Assembly: GCA_047617435.1 (NCBI GenBank)
Contig: JBLGBC010000001.1
Span: forward strand, 5,502 to 69,501
From: Lentimonas sp.
GTDB lineage: Bacteria > Verrucomicrobiota > Verrucomicrobiia > Opitutales > Coraliomargaritaceae
Direction of reading: 5' to 3'
DNA length: 64,000 nt
This document shows, piece after piece, positions 47,455 to 56,528 of the stretch. The notes under the pieces are model-generated. The model had not been told where the DNA came from. It saw only the letters and a program-made list of their open reading frames with translations, and did no database searches. Made by a program: the position numbers and the translations under genes. Numbering within the stretch: position 1 is the first letter of the stretch; each line of letters starts with the position of its first letter.

Positions 47455-49191
47455 ATGGCGCTAGCTAGAATTCAGACTTCGATTGTTAAAAATTTGCTTC
47501 AAATGGGGCAGCTTACTGACGTCCAGTTTAATGCGATTACGGAAACTAAGGAGGAGATGTCGGGTGAAGTCGTCGAGAAGTTGCTTCTTGAAGAATATAA
47601 AATCACCGTATTTAAGCTATTGGTAGCGAAGGCCGAAGCGATTGGAATCACTCCCATTAACCTTAGGAAGTGTAGTATCAATGAGCAGAATTTCGCCAAA
47701 ATGGATCAGGACTTTTGTCGAGAGAACCAAGTGCTACCCGTTGGGGTCTGCGGTGGTTTTGTGTTGTTGGCTGTTAGTAATCCTTTCGATTTAAGTCTAG
47801 TCGCAAAAGTTAAGGATTTATGTAAAATGCAGGTGCGTATCCTGCTGGCAGTTGAGTCTGAAATCAAGGAGGCGCTGCGGGATAAAGATGAGCCCCACAC
47901 TGCTGTAGGTTTTGGTGATGTGGTGGATGCACTTGGGCTGGATTTCGGGGAGGAAGATAAGCTGGAAGATGAGGATTTGTCCGATGAAGACTCGGCACCG
48001 ATTATTAGGTTGGCGAATCGTATTATTGAAGAGGCTTATTTTGCTGGTGCGAGTGATATTCATATCGAACCCTTTGAGAAAGAGACGCGTGTACGAGTGC
48101 GTATCGATGGTGTGTTGGAGACTCGCTTGACGATTCCCCAGGCGGCATCGGGCGGCCTGCTGGCTCGACTCAAGGTTATGTCGCAGTTGGATATTGCGGA
48201 GCGCCGACTCCCTCAGGACGGGCGTATTATTTTCAAGCAATACAATAAGAAGGGGATCGACGTCGACCTTCGTGTTTCGACTGCCCCCTTAAATCACGGT
48301 GAAGGCGTCGTTATGCGTATTCTGGATAAGCAGAAGAGTACTTTGCCGTTACCGGCCCTAGGGTTCTCAGAGCGTAATTTAAAGGTGTATCGTGAACTGA
48401 TTGAGCGGCCGTATGGGATGGTTTTACATTGTGGGCCAACCGGTTCCGGTAAGTCCATGACTTTGTACTCCGCATTGAATGAGATTAATACCGTGGATCG
48501 CTGTATCCGTACTGCGGAAGATCCGATTGAGTATACTTTGCCCGGACTCTTACAGATGCAAATGCAACGTAAGATTGGGCTGACTTTTGCGACTGCGCTG
48601 CGTGCCTTTTTGCGGCAGGATCCCGATGTTATTTTGGTGGGCGAAATTCGAGATAAAGAGACTGCCGGTATCGCGGTTGAAGCGGCGCTTACAGGTCACA
48701 TGCTTTTCAGTACACTGCACACCAATGATGCACCGACGACTGTGTCGCGTTTGACTGAAATGGGGGTGGAACCCTTTATGATCTCTGCGTCTTTACTCTG
48801 CGTCTGTGCACAGCGTCTGATGCGCCGGGTTTGTAAGACTTGTAAGCAAACTTATATGCCCGTGGGCAATGAGGCTGAGATTATACAACGCGCGCTGAAC
48901 TGGACTGGTAAGCTGCGCCGTCCGGCCGAGGGTGGTTGTCCGGCTTGCGGTAGCGGTGGCTATAAAGGGCGAGTGGGGATTCACGAATTGATGGCCACCA
49001 GCGAAGAATTGATTGCTGCAATTAACGAGGAAGCGCAATCGTCGGTGCTCAAGAAAATTGCGATGCGCAACGGGATGATGACTTTACACCAAGATAGCAT
49101 GCTCAAGGTCAAAGAGGGCTTAACTACCATGGCAGAGGCGCTTGCGACGGTTCCGCCTGATATGGAAGAGTACGAAGTCAACCACAACTAA
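47455..49191 (+). CDS. GspE/PilB-family secretion/pilus-assembly ATPase
   Basis: 578 aa with a T2SSE_N-like N-terminus. Walker [14 protein letters not shown]; Asp/His boxes ([31 protein letters not shown]); tetracysteine CKTC...CPAC motif. Confidence 0.9.
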   Translation: MALARIQTSIVKNLLQMGQLTDVQFNAITETKEEMSGEVVEKLLLEEYKITVFKLLVAKAEAIGITPINLRKCSINEQNFAKMDQDFCRENQVLPVGVCGGFVLLAVSNPFDLSLVAKVKDLCKMQVRILLAVESEIKEALRDKDEPHTAVGFGDVVDALGLDFGEEDKLEDEDLSDEDSAPIIRLANRIIEEAYFAGASDIHIEPFEKETRVRVRIDGVLETRLTIPQAASGGLLARLKVMSQLDIAERRLPQDGRIIFKQYNKKGIDVDLRVSTAPLNHGEGVVMRILDKQKSTLPLPALGFSERNLKVYRELIERPYGMVLHCGPTGSGKSMTLYSALNEINTVDRCIRTAEDPIEYTLPGLLQMQMQRKIGLTFATALRAFLRQDPDVILVGEIRDKETAGIAVEAALTGHMLFSTLHTNDAPTTVSRLTEMGVEPFMISASLLCVCAQRLMRRVCKTCKQTYMPVGNEAEIIQRALNWTGKLRRPAEGGCPACGSGGYKGRVGIHELMATSEELIAAINEEAQSSVLKKIAMRNGMMTLHQDSMLKVKEGLTTMAEALATVPPDMEEYEVNHN

Positions 49192-49389
49192 GCTGCTTGT
49201 TACTCGATCCCTGAAGTTGTCTCTAATATGGGGACCATTTTAGAAGCCGCTCTAAAACCCGGTGCTGATTCGCCAGTTTGACCGCCGTGACCACAATTGC
49301 CGCGGGAACGCTAACCGAATCGCTCTTTATTCGTGTGGAAGTAACCCATTAACGTCAAATTAGAGGTTTTTTTATTGGTCGAGGTCGCT

Positions 49390-49523
49390 GCGCGGGTCCC
49401 TTGTGTTGTGGGTAGCGGCACACGCGTCTCTGTACGCCAGTTGCGGTAGCGGTGCACGTCTCTGTGCGTCAGTTGCGGTGTAACGTGTGTTCGGTTGTTC
49501 GAATGGCGCGAAGGGACCCGCGC
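49390..49523. repeat. nested structure: a perfect 13-bp long-range inverted repeat enclosing two tandem 32-34-nt direct repeats
   Basis: gcgcgggtccctt (49390-49402) is the exact reverse complement of aagggacccgcgc (49511-49523). Inside lie ggtagcggcacacgcgtctctgtacgccagttgc (49411-49444) and ggtagcggtgcacgtctctgtgcgtcagttgc (49445-49476). Confidence 0.85.
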
Positions 49524-49719
49524 CGCTACCCGAGAAAGATCCCCCATGAGGAAAATGCCCAAACTGAGCTGCTTGAGCCTATGGCTCTTGTGGTTGGTTT
49601 GGGTGGACTTGGAGGTTACATCAAAATGAATCACAAAATCACTCGGGTAATAGCGCTTGAATTAAGTGGATGCACTGCCAACCCTGCGCTACGAGCTTAA
49701 AACTTTGATGGGATCAGTC

Positions 49720-50079
49720 TTATTCCCCGGTTTCAATGGTTGCAATCAGTGCCCCTAGAAAGACCAGCTCCGTTTCGCCGGTATTGCGAATCGCTTGAGT
49801 CTCTCCGTGGCGAGTGATTTGTAAGCAACCCGGCGTGAAGGGGTGTTCGACCCCGTTATCGACTACGATCCCGTTGCCGGAAATGCAGTAGTAGAAGTCT
49901 TCTTCCTGCTGGTGGGAATGGTCACCGACACTGGCGCCGGGTTCAAGTCGGACCAGCCCTACGCTTTTAATTGCGCTACCGGGGTAGAGGTCGAGCAGCT
50001 TATGAGCATAGACCGTGCCGCTGCCTCCGCGGACGGATTCAGCGATGTCGGGTACAATTTCGTGAACATGTTTGATCAT
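49720..50079 (-). CDS. cupin-domain protein
   Basis: 119 aa. GASVGDHSHQQEEDFYYCISGNG...GCLQITRHGETQAIRNTGETELVF is the cupin G-x5-H-x-H...E / ...H motif arrangement. Confidence 0.75.
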   Translation of the reverse strand: MIKHVHEIVPDIAESVRGGSGTVYAHKLLDLYPGSAIKSVGLVRLEPGASVGDHSHQQEEDFYYCISGNGIVVDNGVEHPFTPGCLQITRHGETQAIRNTGETELVFLGALIATIETGE

Positions 50080-50175
50080 CGGTTTATTCTGCCAAAATAA
50101 GCAATTTTGTCATTATTAAAAATGGGTGGCCCATTGCGTTCTTTCGCTTTGAGGTGGCCTTATCTTGCCGGGCAC

Positions 50176-50208
50176 AAAAAAGCCCGTAAGTTATTATACT
50201 TACGGGCT
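50176..50208 (-). terminator. rho-independent terminator downstream of tRNA-Phe
   Basis: 10-bp stem agcccgtaag/cttacgggct (50181-50190 and 50199-50208). On the minus strand it is followed by a T-run (plus-strand aaaaa, 50176-50180). Confidence 0.75.
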
Positions 50209-50216
50209 TTAAAAAA

Positions 50217-50292
<76 letters not shown>

Positions 50293-50471
50293 TCATTTGA
50301 GAAAGGCGGAATTAAGTGTGGCTTAGCGGGGCGCGTCAACTGAGTTTTTCTATTTTTTAAAGAAAGTTTAAAAATGAATATCAATGCGCGACATCGAAGC
50401 TGGAGTGGCGCAGTTCTATCAACTGCCCCCTTGACTTGGACCCGGGAAACTCGCTTTTTGGGAGATCCCAT

Positions 50472-52820
50472 ATGAAAGTAGTTTTAGCGGAAAAACCCTC
50501 AGTTGCACGCGATATCGCGAAGTACCTCAACGCCAATACGCAGGGTAAGGGTTTTTTGCAGGGCGAGGAGTGGATCGTGACTTGGGCCTTCGGTCATATG
50601 GTCGAGTTGCAGGAGCCGGAGGAGTACAATCCGTCCTGGAAGTCCTGGCGTTTGAGTAATCTGCCGATTATTCCTGCGGATTTTAAGTTGCGTTCGCGTA
50701 AGGATGGTTCGGCTCATGAGCAGTTGATGACGATCAAGCGACTCTTCGAGCAGGCCGACGAAATTATCTGTGCCACAGACGCGGGGCGCGAGGGTGAGTT
50801 GATCTTTCGCTACATTTTGAGCTGGACCGAGTGTGAGTCTAAACCTTGTAAGCGGTTGTGGATTAGTTCACTGACGAACGCCGCGATTGAGAAGGGCTTT
50901 AAGCAACTTGCGCCGAGTTCGGAATACGACCGTTTGTACCATGCGGCCAAGTGTCGCAGTGAGGCTGACTGGATCGTCGGGCTCAATGCGACCCGCTTTT
51001 TTACCGTGGAGTATGGGCAGCGCAATTTACTGCTCAGTCTCGGTCGGGTGCAGACGCCAATTCTTGCGATGGTGGTCAATCGAGACCTGGAGATTGAGTA
51101 TTTTGAGGCAAAAGATTTTTGGGAAATTCATAGCATTTGCCAAGGGGCGACTTTTAAACATACCAGCGGCAAGTTTGAAGAGGAGGCGCAGGCACAAGCC
51201 ATTTTGAATAAAGTGACGGGGGCGGACTTCGTTATCCAATCGGTCTCCAATAAAAACGAGTATGCGAATCCGCCCCAGTTGTACGATCTGACTTCGTTGC
51301 AGCAGGATATGAATCGCCGCTACGGCTTCACGGCAGATCAGACTTTGAAGCTCGCTCAGAAACTGTATGAAAGTAAGTGCCTGACCTACCCGCGTACGGA
51401 TAGTCGTTATTTGAGTGCTGATATTGTGCCGACGATTCCTCCGCTGCTGGAAGCCTTGCGACGTATCAAGCCGCGTGAGATTGAGCCACTTGATTTGGCG
51501 GCTTTGAATTTTAATAAACGTATCGTGGATGATTCAAAAGTATCGGATCACCATGCCATCATTCCGACAGAGATTTTAGGCGATCATTTGTCGGGGGAGG
51601 AGCGTAAGCTGTATGACGCGGTGGTGACACGTTTGATCGCGGTTTTTTATCCGCCGTGTATTAAGGCGGTGACAGAGGTGGAGGCCATGGCCGCGGAGGA
51701 ACCCTTTCGGGCGCGGGGTAAAGTGCTGGTCGATGCCGGCTGGCAGGCGCTCTATCCGAAGGATGCGAGCCAGTCCCCCAATGCGGGCAAGAAAGCTGGT
51801 CAGCGAGACGGTGACGCCGTTCAAGAGCTTCCGAATTTTCAAGCAGGCGAAACGCACCCGCACGAGCCCACAGTGCCGCAATTCAGGACTTCCGCCCCAA
51901 AGCGGTTTAATGAAGCCAGTCTGCTACAGTTGATGGAGACTGCGGGCAAGATTGTGACGGATGAGGCCTTGAAAGAGGCGCTCAAGGATAAGGGCGTGGG
52001 GACACCCGCTACGCGCGCTTCGATTATCGAGGTGTTGATCCAGCGCAATTATATCGAGCGTAAGAAAAAGAATCTGATTAGTACGGAGTCGGGGCGAGGC
52101 TTGATCTCATTGGTGCGGGATGAGCGGCTCAAATCGCCTGAACTTACCGGCGAATGGGAATTTCGCTTAAAACAGATTGAGCGCGGGGAGTACGATGCCG
52201 CCCAATTCATGTCAGAAGTCGCCGGCTATACTCGGGAAATCCTAGAGTGCACGGCAGCAAAAACGATCGATTTAAAGCAGCTCGGTCCCTGTCCGCTCTG
52301 CAACGCGCCTGTCATGCGCGGGCGGATGGCCTATGGTTGTTCGCGCTGGAAGCAGGGCTGTAAGTTTGTCCTGCCCGCAGAGGTCTGGGAATTAAAACTG
52401 CCGCCGATCTTGGCTCGTGAGATCCTTTCGCATAAGCGCAGTCTGGTGCCGCATCCACTAGTTGTGAAAGGTGAAAAATGTTTTGCGACATTACATCTGG
52501 ATAAAAAAGGGAAGCTGCGCCACGAATTGGCGGAAGTGGCCAGTAAAGAGGCGGGCGCGCAAGGTTTGGGAGACTGTCCCAGTTGTGGCGGCGATGTGGT
52601 GGTCGGCAGTAAGGCCTATGGCTGTTCCAATTGGCGCAACGGCTGCAAGTTCGTGATTTGGAAGACAATCGCCCACCAGGAGATTTCCGCTGAGCTGGCC
52701 GCGCAGTTGCTGCGGAATGGCAGTACCGAATTGATCCACGGCTTTAAGTCGCGTGCCGGCAACGACTTCGATGCGAAGCTCAAGGTCGTTGGCAGTGAAG
52801 TGAAATTCGATTTCGCATAG
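50472..52820 (+). CDS. topB: DNA topoisomerase III with C-terminal zinc-ribbon repeats
   Basis: ORF track 50436..52820. The ATG at 50472 gives MKVVLAEKPSVARDIAKYL...VTWAFGHMVEL (TOPRIM), then LTYPRTDSRYLS (catalytic Tyr region). The C-terminus has three C-x2-C...C-x-W/C zinc-finger-like units. Confidence 0.88.
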   Translation: MKVVLAEKPSVARDIAKYLNANTQGKGFLQGEEWIVTWAFGHMVELQEPEEYNPSWKSWRLSNLPIIPADFKLRSRKDGSAHEQLMTIKRLFEQADEIICATDAGREGELIFRYILSWTECESKPCKRLWISSLTNAAIEKGFKQLAPSSEYDRLYHAAKCRSEADWIVGLNATRFFTVEYGQRNLLLSLGRVQTPILAMVVNRDLEIEYFEAKDFWEIHSICQGATFKHTSGKFEEEAQAQAILNKVTGADFVIQSVSNKNEYANPPQLYDLTSLQQDMNRRYGFTADQTLKLAQKLYESKCLTYPRTDSRYLSADIVPTIPPLLEALRRIKPREIEPLDLAALNFNKRIVDDSKVSDHHAIIPTEILGDHLSGEERKLYDAVVTRLIAVFYPPCIKAVTEVEAMAAEEPFRARGKVLVDAGWQALYPKDASQSPNAGKKAGQRDGDAVQELPNFQAGETHPHEPTVPQFRTSAPKRFNEASLLQLMETAGKIVTDEALKEALKDKGVGTPATRASIIEVLIQRNYIERKKKNLISTESGRGLISLVRDERLKSPELTGEWEFRLKQIERGEYDAAQFMSEVAGYTREILECTAAKTIDLKQLGPCPLCNAPVMRGRMAYGCSRWKQGCKFVLPAEVWELKLPPILAREILSHKRSLVPHPLVVKGEKCFATLHLDKKGKLRHELAEVASKEAGAQGLGDCPSCGGDVVVGSKAYGCSNWRNGCKFVIWKTIAHQEISAELAAQLLRNGSTELIHGFKSRAGNDFDAKLKVVGSEVKFDFA

Positions 52821-52861
52821 TCGCAGTCTTGGCCCGAGTGTCGGGGGCGCTCGCTATGGCC

Positions 52862-52900
52862 CCAAACAAAAACGGGGTGTCGGCTCTGTGCCGACACCCC
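52862..52900 (-). terminator. rho-independent terminator downstream of the DEAD-box helicase gene
   Basis: Perfect 11-bp stem ggggtgtcggc/gccgacacccc (52874-52884 and 52890-52900) with a 5-nt loop. On the minus strand it is followed by GTTTTTGTTTGGG. Confidence 0.75.
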
Positions 52901-52940
52901 GCTGTATCTAGTGTTTAATCAACTAAAAATCCTTCATGCC

Positions 52941-54386
52941 TTAGCGATTGCGCGGGCGGCTGTTACGGCCTGGTGCTTGGCTGCCACTGCCACCACTGCT
53001 ACCTGCGCTTGCGCCGGCTGGGCGAGCGCTGCGTGGACTATTGCCACTACCGCTGTTGCCACCACCACCGCCGTTGCCGCCGCGCCGCTGCTGTCCTCCT
53101 CCTCCGCCACCTTGGCGTTGGCCGCCACCTTGGCGTTGGCCGCCGCCACGTTGTCCGCCACCGGTTTTGGGTTTTTCAACGCGTACGCCACTTTGGTGTA
53201 GTACGCCACTTTGGTGTAGTGTTGCAATTTCTTGGGCGTGGTGTCCGTGGCTGTCTGCTACCGGCACTGTCTTTTTAATCAGCTTTTCGACATCGCGCAG
53301 TAGCGCAACTTCCTCCATCGAGCAGAACGATAGGGCGCGGCCACTGTTACCGGCACGAGCCGTTCGTCCGATCCGGTGCACATAGGCATCCGGTTCCATC
53401 GGCAAGTCAAAGTTGATCACCAGGGTGATGTTCTTTACGTCAATTCCGCGAGCCGCCACATCGGTGGCAACCAGTACGGGGATGCGGCCCTGCTTGAACA
53501 GATCGAGTGTTTTTTGGCGGGCGGCTTGTGATTTGTTGCCGTGAATCGAGTCGGCTTCGATGCCGATACTGTTCAGTTTTTTTGCTAAATTCTTTGCGCC
53601 GTGTTTGGTGCGGCTGAAGACTAGGCTCAGTTCACTTTTATGCGCTTCGGTGCGCTCTTTTAGTAAGTCGATCAGTAAATCCTGTTTGTTCTTATGTTGA
53701 ACGAAGAGTACATGCTGATCGATCTTTTCTGCTGTCGTACCTTGCGGTGCGATCCGGATCTCAGCTGGATTATTAAGCAGGGTGTTGGCCAGTGTCGTGA
53801 TTTCCGGAGCCATGGTGGCGGAGAAAAGCAGCGTCTGACGCGACTTTGGTAGGGCGGCTGCGATCTTACGGATGTCGCGAATGAAGCCCATGTCCAACAT
53901 GCGGTCGGCTTCATCCAGGATGAAGGTATCGACTTGGCTGAGGTCGATGTGCCCCTGTTGATGTAGGTCGAGCAAGCGGCCGGTCGTGGCCACCAGAACA
54001 TCGAGTCCGGCGAAGAGTGTCTTAATTTGTGGCTTTTCGGAAACGCCGCCGAAAACCATGCCCATTTTTAGGTCTAGGTACTTGCCGTAAGTCTGAAAAC
54101 TTTCGGTGACTTGGACCGCGAGTTCACGCGTTGGTGTTAGGATCAGGCAGCGCACGCCGCGCCGGAAAGGTTTGCGCGGATTTAGTGCGAATTGGTTGAG
54201 GATCGGCAGGGCGAAGGCCGCTGTTTTGCCGGTTCCGGTTTGCGCGCAGGCGATCAGGTCACGGCCCTCGACTAGCAGGGGGATCGCTTTGGCTTGGATC
54301 GGAGAGGGGATGGTGTAGCCCTTGTCCTTGAGTGCGCGTTGAATGGGTTCTGCCAGAGGCAGATCAGAGAAGTTTACTTCAGTCAT
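52941..54386 (-). CDS. rhlE: DEAD-box ATP-dependent RNA helicase (RhlE-like) with a Gly/Arg-rich C-terminal tail
   Basis: ORF track 52941..54593. The ATG at 54386 gives MTEVNFSDLPLAEPIQRAL...PSPIQ (Q motif). Also AQTGTGKT, DEAD, SAT and HRIGRTARAG. The tail is GGGQRGGGQRQGGGQRQGGGGGG. Confidence 0.9.
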   Translation of the reverse strand: MTEVNFSDLPLAEPIQRALKDKGYTIPSPIQAKAIPLLVEGRDLIACAQTGTGKTAAFALPILNQFALNPRKPFRRGVRCLILTPTRELAVQVTESFQTYGKYLDLKMGMVFGGVSEKPQIKTLFAGLDVLVATTGRLLDLHQQGHIDLSQVDTFILDEADRMLDMGFIRDIRKIAAALPKSRQTLLFSATMAPEITTLANTLLNNPAEIRIAPQGTTAEKIDQHVLFVQHKNKQDLLIDLLKERTEAHKSELSLVFSRTKHGAKNLAKKLNSIGIEADSIHGNKSQAARQKTLDLFKQGRIPVLVATDVAARGIDVKNITLVINFDLPMEPDAYVHRIGRTARAGNSGRALSFCSMEEVALLRDVEKLIKKTVPVADSHGHHAQEIATLHQSGVLHQSGVRVEKPKTGGGQRGGGQRQGGGQRQGGGGGGQQRRGGNGGGGGNSGSGNSPRSARPAGASAGSSGGSGSQAPGRNSRPRNR

Positions 54387-55015
54387 AATCAGGTAAGCCG
54401 TCGGTATATAGTGATACCGACAGATCAATGTGTTCGATGTATTTGGTTTTACGTTTCCCGCGAGCAGCCATTCATCGTAGCTGGACTGATCAGGGGCAGG
54501 TTTTTGCCGGGGGAAACGCACCATAAGTGTGCTCATCGAAGGAAAACCTGAATAGAGGGCGCGGACAACGACAGGAAATGTATCCATAAGCAAGCTATTA
54601 ATTTTTAAGTAGCAAGGAGGGAGGGCGCTTGTCCCAAGCGCTGAGTTGTTCGGGTGATTAGAAATAGCCTGTCCCTCGCACTCGCCCCCGCACTCGCCTA
54701 ATGGAGGTAATCACCAAAAACTGTTTGATAGCCTAAGCCTAACGTACCTTAAGTTATTCTTATTCAAGCATGGGGGTGCCAAGTATTACTACCTAGTTGC
54801 AGGAGCCTTTAACACTTTCTGGAATCTATCTGTCTCTGGCAGCACAAAGTTGGGAGTTTTAAGTGGACCAGCATGGCACAGTCGCATTGTTGGACTTCAC
54901 GGGAAAGAAGACATAATCATAAAATATGATAAATCGGCCTATATCGAGTGACTGAATAATAATATTGCCGTACCATCACTATATGAGTATTAACCGCATA
55001 AATGAAAATTAAGGA

Positions 55016-55411
55016 ATGCTACAAATGAAAATTGAACATTTTGCGTATCAAGTGGAAGCCCCTGCTAAATCAGCAGACTGGTATTGTGAGAATTTGGGAT
55101 TTGTAATCAAGCGTGAGTCAGATATACCTGTGCCAGTGCGATTCCTCGCGGATGAGACTGGTCAGGTAATGTTGGAGATATATAATAATCGGCGAATTAC
55201 AACTCCGGATTACAGATCAATGGATCCGTTACTTCTACACTTGGCCTTCGTGTGTAATGACGTACCGGAAACGGCTAACCGTTTGATAGCTGCTGGCGCA
55301 ACTCTTGTTTCCGGTCCGGAGCGTTTAGATTCCGGAGATGAGTTGGCTATGTTGCGTGATCCATGGGGACTGGCTATTCAATTATGTAAACGTTCACAAC
55401 CAATGATCTAA
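55016..55411 (+). CDS. VOC/glyoxalase-family protein
   Basis: 131 aa. KIEHFAYQV...HLAFVCNDV...RDPWGLAIQL is a paired beta-alpha-beta-beta-beta VOC pattern. An AAGGA Shine-Dalgarno lies just upstream. Confidence 0.7.
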   Translation: MLQMKIEHFAYQVEAPAKSADWYCENLGFVIKRESDIPVPVRFLADETGQVMLEIYNNRRITTPDYRSMDPLLLHLAFVCNDVPETANRLIAAGATLVSGPERLDSGDELAMLRDPWGLAIQLCKRSQPMI

Positions 55412-55450
55412 TTAAACAATGAAAATAAACCATAAAAAGAGGGAAATATA

Positions 55451-55745
55451 ATGAGTGATTGTTTAGATAATTTTAGTGTTGCGTGTGAAATAGCGGTCGT
55501 AACAGGATTCGCATAGGGAATCGGGCATGGGATTGCGAAAGCAATGGCTGCAGCAGGAGCGGATATTATCTGAATGGGATTGGCCATTAATGGCGAAGGC
55601 AAAACAAAAGCGATCGTTGAAGCTGCTGGACGTAGTTATGACTATTTTGACACTGATTTCAGTGGCCGCGCATCATTGTATGCCGCGATCAAGCTGTGAA
55701 AGCAAAATACGGTACGCCGGATATTCTGATGTGTAAAACGGAGCC
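55451..55745 (+). pseudogene. KduD/FabG-like short-chain dehydrogenase remnant (N-terminal ~95 codons with in-frame stops and a frameshift)
   Basis: Translation from the ATG at 55451: MSDCLDNFSVACEIAVVTGFA*GIGHGIAKAMAAAGADII*MGLAING...AGRSYDYFDTDFSG. It has TAG at 55514 and TGA at 55571. The frame shifts near 55695 (..AVKAKYGTPDILM) and then similarity ends. The Rossmann TGxxxGIG motif is interrupted by the stop. Confidence 0.7.
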
Positions 55746-55912
55746 TGTTCCCTGCGTGCATACCTGCAGTCGACCTGTATTAGCTTAGGTTCGTATGAGC
55801 ATAAACCCACAGTGCTTTTTTACCCTGAATTATTTCCATTTGGTGTTTAGAGCCACATTCAGGTTGTGTTTTATAAACCAAACAGATTGAGAAATTAAAA
55901 AGGGGGAAAGTA

Positions 55913-56417
55913 ATGAATAGACGTAATGTATGTGCTGGTTTGATGTTTCTAATTAGGAGCCACAGGGATGAACTCTTTTGCGTATGAGGTGGTGTACGAT
56001 TCGACTATTCCGCAGTTAAGTTTTGCGGGAGAAAGGTCGAGTCGGCTCTAAAGGCTTCAAAGAAAAATGATGCCGTGATACGTTTTGCAATTGTGGTAGG
56101 GAGTGGTAATGCAGAATCGTTTGTAATTAAGAAGCACGGGGAATCGAAAGTATTGATAACCGGTTCGGATGCTGCTGGATCGATGTATGGGGGTTGGAAG
56201 TCGCTGAGGAGCTCAGAATAGGTGGTTTTAAAGCCGTTCAAGCAGACAAGCAGGCACCGAAGATGGGTATGCGTGGTGTTAACTAAATATTCCACTGGAT
56301 GTCCGTACTCCAAGCTACACTGATATGAGTGACTCAGCTCAGCATAATATGGAAAACATGTGGGATTTTGAGTTCTGGAAAGCATTCATTGATGAGATTG
56401 CGGGGCACCGTTTCTAA
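55913..56417 (+). pseudogene. secreted glycoside-hydrolase-like gene remnant, multiply frameshifted and truncated
   Basis: AGGGGGAA Shine-Dalgarno plus the ATG at 55913 give MNRRNVCAGLMFLI, which is signal-like. Coding-like segments then run in three frames: AYEVVYDSTIPQLSFAGE / AVIRFAIVVGSGNAESFVIKKHGESKVLITGSDAAGSMYG / GLEVAEELRIGGFK...MRGVN / NIPLDVRTPSYTDMSDSAQHNMENMWDFEFWKAFIDEIAGHRF*. Family assignment is tentative. Confidence 0.5.
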
Positions 56418-56528
56418 GCATGTTACCATCAGCCTTCTGTCGAGCTTCGTTGTCGTATCCACTATTGATGGCATAGAGAATATTTATTCTCGTTGATGAC
56501 ACGCCCATACTCATCATAGAAGAGATGT

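Noticed and set aside
49411-49476. Possible mini-CRISPR, because of the roughly 32-nt repeats.
   Set aside because: The two repeats are directly adjacent with no spacers, are only about 80% identical, and no cas genes are nearby. I reported it as a tandem repeat inside a hairpin instead.
52911-53385. Plus-strand ORFs 52911..53201, 52948..53385 and 52973..53278, encoding Ala/Pro/Leu-rich proteins.
   Set aside because: They are the reverse complement of the Gly/Arg-rich repeat tail of the DEAD-box helicase and are repeat-driven artefacts.
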